DNA from: Kiloniellales bacterium
GTDB taxonomy: Bacteria > Pseudomonadota > Alphaproteobacteria > Kiloniellales > JAKSDN01
Direction: 5' to 3'
Assembly: GCA_041617155.1 (NCBI GenBank)
Contig: JBFJPL010000003.1
Coordinates: 19,189-83,188, forward strand
Length of the DNA stretch: 64,000 bases
A program made the translations under genes and the position numbers. The notes below the pieces were generated by a model, which saw nothing but the letters and a program-made list of their open reading frames with translations, was not told the DNA's origin and ran no database searches. This document shows, piece after piece, positions 15,484 through 23,700 of this stretch (within the stretch, counting starts at the first letter, position 1; each line of letters begins with the position of its first letter).

Positions 15484-16209
15484 CTAGCTTCTTGCGGTTG
15501 CCAGGGCGTCGATCGCCCGGCGTTGGCGTTCGTGTTCGTTGTTGGCCAGCTTGGCGGCCGCCTCGTAGCTGCGCACCGTGGCGACCAGCCTGGTCATCTC
15601 GACCACGCCGGCAACGTTGGAGCTCTCCAGCTTGCCTTGCTGGACGTCCGGCTGTTCGACCGGCAGGGCGGCCTGACCGGCGGCGTCATAGAGGCTGTTG
15701 GCCTGCCGCTTCAGTGCCTGCTGGTTATCGAAGCGGACCACCTGGACCCGGCCCAGCTCGCCCTGATCGGTCGAGATCGTGCCGTCACGCGCGACCGCGA
15801 CGGAAAGCGCGTCGACCGGGATGGTAATCGGCGCTCCGCCGTCGTCCAGCAGGGCAAAGCCCTGTGCGCTGACGATCCGGCCGTCGGGGTCGGGGGTGAA
15901 GCCGCCGGCGCGGGTATAGCGTGTGCCTTCCGGCGTCTCGATCGCGAAGTATCCCTCGCCGCGTATTGCCAAGTCGAAGGGGCTGCCGGTTTCGGTCATC
16001 GGCCCGGCCTTCAGGTCGCGGATCGTGGCGATGTCGCGAACGAAGCTGATCTTCTCGCGCGGCTCCGTGCGGGCGAGGTGCTCGACAAAGAGCATGCTCT
16101 CGCCCTTGAATCCGGGCGTGGTCAGGTTGGCCAGGTTGTTGGCCACCATGTCCATCTGGCGCCTGAGCACCATCTGACGCGAGAGTGCGATGTAGCCGGG
16201 ATTTTCCAC
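15484..16209 (-). CDS. flgF: Flagellar proximal rod protein
   Basis: (V)ENPGYIALSRQMVLRRQMDMVANNLANLTTPGFK... is the normal FlgF N-terminus and begins at GTG 16209. The track start 16290 lies upstream of the predicted sigma54 promoter (16268-16283). Confidence 0.85.
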   Translation of the reverse strand: MENPGYIALSRQMVLRRQMDMVANNLANLTTPGFKGESMLFVEHLARTEPREKISFVRDIATIRDLKAGPMTETGSPFDLAIRGEGYFAIETPEGTRYTRAGGFTPDPDGRIVSAQGFALLDDGGAPITIPVDALSVAVARDGTISTDQGELGRVQVVRFDNQQALKRQANSLYDAAGQAALPVEQPDVQQGKLESSNVAGVVEMTRLVATVRSYEAAAKLANNEHERQRRAIDALATARS

Positions 16210-16267
16210 CTGAGCGTCCGCTTCGCTGTGATCTTTCGCGCTGCCACCGGGCAGCACGGCACGGACT

Positions 16268-16283
16268 TGCAGTTTGCATGCCA
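16268..16283 (-). promoter_or_regulatory. sigma54-type -24/-12 promoter of the flgF-flgG-flgA-flgH operon
   Basis: The minus strand reads TGGCATGCAAACTGCA, with GG and GC correctly spaced and two flanking mismatches. It lies about 60 nt upstream of GTG 16209. Confidence 0.65.
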
Positions 16284-16300
16284 GCGGCAAGGGCTCGCAG

Positions 16301-16313
16301 AATCAAAGACTTA
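16301..16313. promoter_or_regulatory. Candidate IHF site between the enhancer dyads and the flgF sigma54 promoter
   Basis: AATCAAAGACTTA matches WATCAANNNNTTR exactly. It sits in an AT-rich spacer between 16283 and 16357. Confidence 0.45.
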
Positions 16314-16356
16314 TCAGTTAGAATATATTAACTAGCGAACTCATATCATCGATTCC

Positions 16357-16383
16357 GGCAGGGCTTGCCCGGCAGTTGTTGCC
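16357..16383. promoter_or_regulatory. Candidate tandem enhancer dyads upstream of the flgF sigma54 promoter
   Basis: GGCAGGGCTTGCC (16357-16369) is immediately followed by GGCAGTTGTTGCC (16371-16383). The 14-mer GGCAGTTGTTGCCG is identical to 4870-4883. Confidence 0.55.
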
Positions 16384-16428
16384 GCAGGCCGCTTCGAGGC
16401 CGCTGCCGGACGCAGTCTCAACCAGATG

Positions 16429-16436
16429 TTAACCAC
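16429..16436. promoter_or_regulatory. CtrA-type half site (TTAACCAC) upstream of fliL
   Basis: It matches the TTAACCAT 8-mer in 7 of 8 positions and lies 57 nt upstream of the fliL ATG. The same 9-mer TTAACCACG occurs at 4809-4817. Confidence 0.4.
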
Positions 16437-16492
16437 GGCAGCGTAGCTTAGAGCCGGTCTAAACCCTTGGGTAACCGTAAAAAGGACTAGGT

Positions 16493-17035
16493 ATGTCGGA
16501 TCAAGCGGCGACCGAAGACATTGGCGGCGGCATGGACGCCGAGTCGAAGCCCGACGCGGGCGGGACGAACGGCAAGTCGATTGTGCTTTTCGTCGTGCTG
16601 CCGATCCTTTTGCTGTTCGGCGCGGTGCTCGGCGCCTACTTCATGGGCATGCTCGACCCGCTCCTGGGCGTACCGCCCAAACAGCCGAAGGCCGAGCAGG
16701 CCGCGGCACCCATGCCCGAGGTGAACCAGTCGGCGGTGTTCTACGATCTGCCGGAAATGCTGGTGAACCTCAACGCCGGCGGACGCAAGGCCTCCTACCT
16801 GAAGATTTCGGTCAGCCTGGAGCTGCAAAGCGAGGCCGCCATGGAGCAGGTCAAGCAGGTGCTGCCGCGCGTCATCGACAACTTCCAGGTCTATCTGCGC
16901 GAGCTGCGGATCGAGGATCTGCGCGGCTCGGCCGGCCTGCAGCGCCTGCGCGAAGAGCTGCTGCTGCGCGTCAACGCCGCGGTCCGGCCGGTCGTGGTCA
17001 AGGACGTGCTGTTCAAGGAAATGCTCGTCCAATAG
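16493..17035 (+). CDS. fliL: Flagellar basal-body-associated protein FliL
   Basis: 180 aa with a single TM. AVFYDLPEMLVNLNAGGRKASYLKISVSLEL...VLFKEMLVQ is typical of FliL. Confidence 0.9.
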   Translation: MSDQAATEDIGGGMDAESKPDAGGTNGKSIVLFVVLPILLLFGAVLGAYFMGMLDPLLGVPPKQPKAEQAAAPMPEVNQSAVFYDLPEMLVNLNAGGRKASYLKISVSLELQSEAAMEQVKQVLPRVIDNFQVYLRELRIEDLRGSAGLQRLREELLLRVNAAVRPVVVKDVLFKEMLVQ

Positions 17036-17078
17036 GGATCGAAGCAACACGGGCTGAACGGCGGAGCGGGCAAAGCAA

Positions 17079-18080
17079 ATGGCTGAACCAGAGGCGGCGA
17101 CGGACAAAGACGCCGGTGGCTCGACCAAGATCCTCAACCAGGCCGAGATCGACAGCCTGCTCGGCGGCCACGACGGCCTGGACGCGCGTTCGGGTATCGC
17201 GGCGATCGTCGATTCGGCGCTCGTCTCCTACGAGCGCCTGCCCATGCTCGAGGTCGTATTCGACCGCCTCGTGCGCATGATGTCGACCTCGCTGCGCAAC
17301 TTCACGTCCGACAACGTCGAGGTCCACCTGGAGTCGATCTCCTCCTCGCGCTTCGGCGACTACCTCGATTCGATTCCTCTGCCCGCCATGCTGACGGTGT
17401 TCAAGGCGGAGGAATGGGACAACTTCGGCCTCATGGCGGTCGACTCCTCGCTGATCTATTCGATTGTCGACGTTCTGTTGGGCGGCCGGCGCGGCTCCGC
17501 CGCCGTACGCATGGAAGGCCGGCCCTACACCACGATCGAGCGCAACCTGGTCGAGCGCATGGTGCACGTCGTCCTGGCCGACCTATCGGCCGCTTTCGAC
17601 CCCTTGTCGCCGGTCACCTTCCGTTTCGAGCGGCTGGAATCCAACCCGCGCTTTGCCACCATTGCTCGGCCGGCCAACGCCACCGTCGTCGCCCAGCTGC
17701 GGGTCGAGATGGAGGATCGTGGCGGCCGCTTCGAGCTGATGCTGCCCTACGCCACCCTGGAGCCGGTCCGCGAGCTCTTGCTGCAGATGTTCATCGGCGA
17801 GAAGTTCGGCCATGACTCCATTTGGGAAAGCCATCTGACCACCGAGCTGTGGCAGACCGAGCTGCCGATCCAGGCGGTGCTCGACGAAGTCGAGGTGCAC
17901 TTGGGCGAAGTCATCGGCTGGACCGAAGGCAGCCGCCTCGAACTCAACTGCGGCCCGAATTCGAAGGTCGAGCTGCGGTGCGGCGACATCGCCATGTTCG
18001 AGGGCCAAATGGGACGAAAGGGATCGAACATCGCAGTGCGGGTCGCCGGCAAGCTGACCGGCAACGGGGAGTCCACCTGA
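17079..18080 (+). CDS. fliM: Flagellar motor switch protein FliM
   Basis: 333 aa. It has the N-terminal CheY-P-binding-type motif ILNQAEIDSLLG and central FliM core similarity (LEVVFDRLVRMMSTSLRNF...). Confidence 0.9.
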   Translation: MAEPEAATDKDAGGSTKILNQAEIDSLLGGHDGLDARSGIAAIVDSALVSYERLPMLEVVFDRLVRMMSTSLRNFTSDNVEVHLESISSSRFGDYLDSIPLPAMLTVFKAEEWDNFGLMAVDSSLIYSIVDVLLGGRRGSAAVRMEGRPYTTIERNLVERMVHVVLADLSAAFDPLSPVTFRFERLESNPRFATIARPANATVVAQLRVEMEDRGGRFELMLPYATLEPVRELLLQMFIGEKFGHDSIWESHLTTELWQTELPIQAVLDEVEVHLGEVIGWTEGSRLELNCGPNSKVELRCGDIAMFEGQMGRKGSNIAVRVAGKLTGNGEST

Positions 18081-18592
18081 TGGATCTGTTGCCGTTCGAA
18101 CACTGGAGCCTATTGGCCGACGCGGTTCTCGCGGTCCTCCTGGTCGCGACCATCGCCTATGCCGCGATACTCGAGCGCAAGCTCTCGGGCCTGCGCGCCG
18201 CGAAGCAGGAAATGGCGGAGCTGGTCGGCCGCTTCACCGAGGCGACCAAGCGCGCGGAGAACGGCTTGGCCGAGATCAGGCAGACCGCGGAGGAAACCGG
18301 CCGAACCCTGCAGCAGGCCCTGGAGAAGGGCAACAGCTTGGCCGACGACCTGGTTTTTCTGGTTGAACGCGGCGATGCCGTTGCCGGCCGGCTCGAGCGG
18401 GGCGCCGCAAAGGGCCGTGGCCGAGCGACCGCCGAGCCACCGCCGGCCGGCCCACGGTCGGTCGCCAAAGGCCCCGGGGGAACCGCTGCAAAGGCGCCCG
18501 CTCCGGCGGCCGCCGAGGACGACGCCACATCGAGCCGCAAGCGCACGCCGGAGCAGTCCGCTCTGATGGCGGCCCTGCGGGCCATGCGCTAG
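18080..18592 (+). CDS. Hypothetical membrane-anchored coiled-coil protein with an Ala/Pro-rich tail (flagellar cluster, unknown function)
   Basis: 170 aa from ATG 18080, which overlaps the fliM stop (TGATG). It has an N-terminal TM (WSLLADAVLAVLLVATIAYAAIL), then a helical segment and a low-complexity tail. The 86 codons upstream of it in track ORF 17822..18592 overlap fliM out of frame. Confidence 0.7.
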   Translation: MDLLPFEHWSLLADAVLAVLLVATIAYAAILERKLSGLRAAKQEMAELVGRFTEATKRAENGLAEIRQTAEETGRTLQQALEKGNSLADDLVFLVERGDAVAGRLERGAAKGRGRATAEPPPAGPRSVAKGPGGTAAKAPAPAAAEDDATSSRKRTPEQSALMAALRAMR

Positions 18593-18610
18593 GAGCCCGA
18601 GGAAGCGGAC

Positions 18611-19252
18611 ATGAAGCTACGCCTTCTGCCTTTGCTGATCTTTGCGGCCGGCACCGGAGTCCTGTTCCACCTGGGCGATTTGTGGCGGGGCTTCGGCCCC
18701 TTGGCCCAGGTCGCGGCGGCGGAGGGCGAAGCGAAGCCCGCCAAGGCGGCGAAAGCCGGCGCTCGCTACGAGCCAGCCGGGCCGAAAACGGCCGGCGAGA
18801 TGTCGCCTCGGACCGCCACCTTGGCCAGCGACCCCTTCAATCTGACCGATGAAGAGATCGACCTGCTGCAGAAACTGGCCGAGCGCCGGTCAGAACTCGA
18901 GAGCCGTGCGGCGGAGTTGGAACAGCGCCGTACTCTCTTGGAAGCGGCCGAGCGCCGCATCGACGAGAAGATCGGCGAGCTGGAGGCGATCCGGAAAAAC
19001 ATCGAGGGCCTGCTGGTGCGCCACGACGAGCAGGAAGAGGCGCAACTCAACAGCCTGGTCAAGATCTACGAGAGCATGAAACCCAAGGATGCCGCGCGGA
19101 TTTTCGAAGAGCTCGACATGGTGGTGCTGCTCGATGTGATCGAGCGCATGAAGGAACGCAAGACCGCGCCGATCCTGGCCAAGATGAACCCGCGGCGCGC
19201 CAAGGCGATCACCTTGGAGCTGGCTCAGCGCCGCGGCCTGCCGGGCTCCTAG
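18611..19252 (+). CDS. MotE/FlbB-like protein (MgtE-N-like helical domain; putative periplasmic stator chaperone)
   Basis: 213 aa with a signal/TM segment, a coiled coil (EIDLLQKLAERRSELESRAAELEQRRTLLEAAERRIDEKIGELEAIRKNIE), then LVKIYESMKPKDAARIFEELDMVVLLDVIERMKERKTAPILAKMNPRRAKAIT. This pattern matches COG3334/MotE-type proteins. Confidence 0.55.
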   Translation: MKLRLLPLLIFAAGTGVLFHLGDLWRGFGPLAQVAAAEGEAKPAKAAKAGARYEPAGPKTAGEMSPRTATLASDPFNLTDEEIDLLQKLAERRSELESRAAELEQRRTLLEAAERRIDEKIGELEAIRKNIEGLLVRHDEQEEAQLNSLVKIYESMKPKDAARIFEELDMVVLLDVIERMKERKTAPILAKMNPRRAKAITLELAQRRGLPGS

Positions 19253-19257
19253 TCCGG

Positions 19258-19947
19258 ATGGAGCGCGCCGGGCAAACCTCACCGGCCGAGCGTGGCGACC
19301 CGAACATCGTCGCCTTGCTCGGGCTCAAACTGCTGCTTTTGGGGTTTTTCATTCTGTTGAACGCGCTGTCCCACTATGAGGAGGACCGGACTCGACGGGT
19401 TCTGCAAAGCGTCGACCAGGCCTTCAACGGCCGCATCGAAGCCTTGAAAAGCGAGGCTGAACATTCCGCTGCCCTGGGGCCGCTGAACGGAACCGAGGCG
19501 ATGATCGACTCGGTGGGGGCGCTCTTTACTTCGCTGATACCGGCGGTTGAGCGAGAGCTATCGGCCGCCGGCACGCGCCTGCGCCTGGAGCTGCCGGTCG
19601 CTGCCCTGTTCCGACAGGACAGCGTCGCCCTGCAGTCGGGTCGCGGCGTGCTGATGAAACGCTTCGCCGAAGCCTTGACCCAAAACGGCCGCGGCCGACT
19701 CAACTATGAGGTCGAGCTCTTGCACGGCATAAGGCGCGAGGCGATCTCGGACCTGACCGAAGCCGGCGCCGACTCGCTGGAAGTTCGGCGCATCGCCGCC
19801 CTGGTCCTTGCCCTGACCAAACGCGGCGTGCCCGCGGACAAGCTGTCCGTCGGCGTCATCCCCGGCCGGCCCGGCAAGGTCCAGATGGTGGTGCAAACCT
19901 ACCAGCGGGCGGGCCCGGCATTCGACTACGGGGAGCTGGCGCGATGA
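19258..19947 (+). CDS. Degenerate MotB/OmpA-like paralog (single TM, no conserved plug-region Asp)
   Basis: 229 aa. The TM segment IVALLGLKLLLLGFFILLNALS aligns with the MotB-like AWMLTFTDLVALMLTFFVMLFAMS of the next gene but has K where that has D. The C-terminal LRLELPVAALFRQDSVALQSGRGVL...SLEVRRIAALVLALTKRGVPADKLSV parallels the OmpA-like VLIALPGDLLFAPGSTELATTGRQAL...ELSLARALRVAQVLRDSGY. The GHxD motif is replaced by LLHG. Confidence 0.6.
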   Translation: MERAGQTSPAERGDPNIVALLGLKLLLLGFFILLNALSHYEEDRTRRVLQSVDQAFNGRIEALKSEAEHSAALGPLNGTEAMIDSVGALFTSLIPAVERELSAAGTRLRLELPVAALFRQDSVALQSGRGVLMKRFAEALTQNGRGRLNYEVELLHGIRREAISDLTEAGADSLEVRRIAALVLALTKRGVPADKLSVGVIPGRPGKVQMVVQTYQRAGPAFDYGELAR

Positions 19948-20735
19948 CGGAGCCAGGGAGTGTCGAAGCGGACGGCGCCGAACCGGGGGCCGCCAATCGC
20001 GCTTGGTGGCTCGCGCTATCGAACCATGCAGCGGCCGCGCAGCGTGAAGCGCCTTTGGCGCGCGGCTCTGCCTGGATGCTCACCTTTACCGACCTGGTCG
20101 CCCTGATGCTGACCTTCTTCGTCATGCTCTTCGCCATGTCCAAGGTGGAAAAGCGCGAATGGGAGAACCTGACCGACGCTCTGGCGCCGAAGCTGAACGT
20201 CGTGAGCAAGCTGTCCATCGCCCTGCCGACAGAGTCGCGCGATGTCGACGCGGTCGAGACCTTGCCGTCGGTCGATTTGAACTATCTGGCGGCCTTGTTG
20301 AAACAGGACATGGCCGATGATCCCCTGCTCGGCCTGGGCATCCTGCGCCGCTTGGAGCGGCGTGTCCTGATCGCGCTGCCGGGCGATCTGCTCTTTGCGC
20401 CCGGATCGACCGAGCTCGCCACGACCGGGCGGCAAGCCTTGACCGGCTTCGTCGGCCTGCTGCGCCACGTGAACAACCGGATCGAAGTCATGGGCCACGC
20501 CGATCCGCGCCAACCGATTGCCGGCTTTGCCTCCAATTGGGAACTCTCCCTGGCGCGGGCCCTGCGGGTCGCCCAGGTGTTGCGCGATTCCGGGTACCGG
20601 GGCCAGGTGGTCGCACGCGGCTTCGGCCATTCACGCTTCGAGTCGCTTTCGCCGCGGCTCCGGCCGGCGCAGCGCTTGACCTTGGGACGCCGGGTCGAAC
20701 TGGTGATACACGACGACGCCGGAGAAGCACGCTGA
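19944..20735 (+). CDS. motB: MotB-like flagellar stator protein (OmpA-family C-terminal domain)
   Basis: 263 aa. It has the MotB N-terminal signature (WMLTFTDLVALMLTFFVMLFAMS) and an OmpA-like domain (LFAPGSTELATTGRQALTGFVGLLRHVNNRIEVMGHADPRQ...NWELSLARALRVAQVL). ATGA start/stop overlaps occur on both sides. Confidence 0.8.
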   Translation: MTEPGSVEADGAEPGAANRAWWLALSNHAAAAQREAPLARGSAWMLTFTDLVALMLTFFVMLFAMSKVEKREWENLTDALAPKLNVVSKLSIALPTESRDVDAVETLPSVDLNYLAALLKQDMADDPLLGLGILRRLERRVLIALPGDLLFAPGSTELATTGRQALTGFVGLLRHVNNRIEVMGHADPRQPIAGFASNWELSLARALRVAQVLRDSGYRGQVVARGFGHSRFESLSPRLRPAQRLTLGRRVELVIHDDAGEAR

Positions 20736-23700
20736 TGGCTCGGCGGCAGGCAAAGATCGCCGCGCTTCTCGGCGGGTTTCTGGTCGCGGCGCTGCCGGTC
20801 CCGGCGGCCGTGGCCGAACCGCCGGACCAAACGGCGCCCGCGCTCAACCTGCGCAGCGGCGAACACGAAGGTTTCAGCCGCCTGGTGTTCGATTGGGATG
20901 CGCCGGTGACCTACAGCATCGAGGAGACGCCGAGCGGTGCCACGGTGTCTTTCGACCGGCCGGCCCGACTCGACCTGAAGAGCTACCGAAAAGATCCCTC
21001 GCCGGGCATTCTGGACCTCACCTTGGGCCCAGGCGACGACGGCCTCACGGTTGCCCTGCGGTTGCCCGAGGGCGCCAACCTGCGCCATTTTCTCAGCGGC
21101 CCCAAGGTGGTCATCGACGTGCTCGCCCCGGGCGCCGGCGCGGCCGAAGCGCAGGCCGATCAGGAAAGCGCCGCCGCCGGGGCGGCGCCCGAATCGCTCG
21201 GCAATTCCATCCTGAGCGATGCCGTGGAAGCCGCCGTGGCCCTGACCGGTGACACGCGGGCGAACCGCGCCGGCACCCGCCCGACCCGGCTCGGCGTTGC
21301 ACCCAAGGCCGCCGAACCGAAAGCGCCGCCGCGCCGCGCCGCGCCGCGTCCGGCGACCTCAAGCAAGGCATCGAGACGAAAACTGGTCGTCACCTACGAG
21401 CGGCCGCCCCTGCCGGCGGCAATGCCGGTGCCCGGTATGACGGCGCCGCGCTACCGCCCTCTGGCGATCCGCCTGAAGGGCATCGCCGGCGTAGCCGCCG
21501 CCGCCTTTCGCCGTGGCCAGCACCTATGGCTGGTGTTCGATTTGCCGGCCCGGGTCAACATCGCCAGGCAGATTCAGCGGATCGCGCCAGAACTGGCGCC
21601 GGTGTTGCAGCTCGAGCGACCAGACATCGTGGCCCTGCGCTTGACTGTGCCGCTGGGTGTGGCGCCGAAGCTGCGGCGCGACGGCACCGACTGGCTGGTC
21701 GACCTGCGGCCGCGCCTGATCCGGCCGGAAAAGCCGGCGACCCTCGACCTTCGCGCCGGCCATGACGGCCCTCGGCTTGTCTTTCCGGTTACCGGCGCGG
21801 GCCGGCTGATCCAGCTGGACGACCCGGATATGGGCGACCGGGTTCACGTGCTGCCGGTTTCGCTTGCCGATTTCGGCCTGGCAACGGCCCGCGATTTCCC
21901 ACAGTTCCAGGCGCTCGCCACCTATCAAGGACTGGCCATCGTGCCGCGGTCCGACAGGCTGTGGATCACGCTCGACAAGGACGCCTTGAAGATCACCTCG
22001 TCGGCCGGCCTTCTGGTCACCGCGGGATTGGACACCGACGCCGAGCCGAACGAGGAGGAGACGGTCGCGGGCAAGCGACGGCTGTTCGACCTGGCGGCCT
22101 GGCGCGAGGTCGACGGCGACGACTTCGAAACCAATCGAAAACTGCTGCAGCGCGCGATTATCGCGCCGGGCGACGCCCGGAGTCTCGATCTCGCGCGGCT
22201 CCGGCTGGCACGATTCTTTTTCGCCCATGGCTTGGCCACCGAGACCTTGTCGGTGATCAGGCTGATGGCGCGTGAGCGCGGGCGTTTCGCCGCCGATCCG
22301 GAGATGATCCTGCTCGAGGGCGCCGCTGCTTTCCTGGCGCAGGACTTTCACGCCGCAGCGGCCAGCCTTTCCCACCCGGCCCTGGAGGGCGAGGCCGAGG
22401 CCGTGATCTGGCGCGCCGCCATGTCGGCGGCGGCCCAGGACTGGCCCTATGCCGCGGAGCTGTTCGAGCAAGGCAAGGCGACGATCCAGGACTACCCGCG
22501 CGCGGTGCGCGTCCGGCTGCATCTCTTGGCGGCCGAGGCGCGCCTGGCGATCGGCGACACCGGCGGCGCCAGCTTCTACCTGAAACAGGCGCTTGAGGCT
22601 CAATCGACCGATTTCGAGCGGGCCCAGATCGATTTCCTCGAAGGCCGGCGCCTGCTGGCAGACCAGCGTCCGGAGCGCGCGCTGCCCCTGTGGCGGCGTG
22701 TCGCCGCCTCGACGCACCGGCCGTCCCAGGCAAGGGCGCGCCTGGCCCTGGTCAACCAAGGCCTGAAAGCGGGCACGCTCGAACCGGCCTCCGCGATCGC
22801 CGAACTGGAGCGTCTGCGCTTTGTCTGGCGGGGCGACGAGTTCGAGGCGGCGCTGCTTGAACGCCTGGGCCGGCTCTACGCCGACGCGGGCGACTACCGG
22901 GATGCCCTGGTCGCCCTGCGTCAGGCGGCTTCCCACTTCCCCGGTTCGGTCCGCGCCGAAGCGGCGGCGCGCCATATGCGCAAGCTCTTCGCCTCGCTTT
23001 ACCTGGGCGACAAGCGCGCGAGCCTGTCGCCGCTGGCGGCCTTGGCGCTATACCGCGAGTTCGAGGAACTGACGCCTGCCGCGCAGGACGGCAACCGCCT
23101 GATCGACAACCTGGTCGACCGGCTGGTCGAGATCGATCTTCTGGGCCAGGCGGCGGAACTGCTGGAAGACCAGATCGCCCGCCGCCTGGCCGGCGAAAAG
23201 CGGGCGCGGGCCGGCGCGCGTCTGGCGCTGGTCCGGCTGCTCGACCGCCAGCCTGGGCACGCGCTCGAGGCGCTGAACTCGAGCGCCGCCAAGAAACTGC
23301 CCAGCGCCGTCGAGCGCCGGCGCCGCCACCTCAGGGCGCGCGCGCTTGCCGGGCTGCACCGCGGGCGCGACGGGCTGGCCGTGCTGGCCGGCGACGAGAG
23401 CGAGGATGCACGCAAGCTGCGCGCGGAGATCCTGTGGCAGCTGCGCGACTGGCCGGCGGCGGCCGTCGCGCTGGCCCGGCTGATCCCGAGAGATCCGCCC
23501 AAGGAGCGAGCGCTCGATGCCGTCGAAACCCAGACCGTGATCGACCTGGCGACCGCCTATACCCTGGCAGGCGACCGCCGGGCGCTCGACGATCTGGCGC
23601 GGCGCTTCGGCAAGGCCATGGCCGAGAGCGGCAAGGCCGACAGCTTTACCCTGCTGACCAGCGACTTCGGCAAGGCCAACTTGGCCGCGGTGGCCGACGA

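Noticed and set aside
16210-16290. Upstream start extending FlgF by 27 codons
   Set aside because: It lies upstream of the predicted sigma54 promoter (16268-16283). The conserved FlgF N-terminus (ENPGYIALSRQ) begins at GTG 16209.
16299-16355. GANTC (CcrM-type methylation) sites in flagellar promoters (for example GAATC at 16300-16304, GATTC at 16351-16355, GAATC at 11791-11795)
   Set aside because: A 5-bp degenerate motif is expected frequently by chance, and I cannot compute enrichment here.
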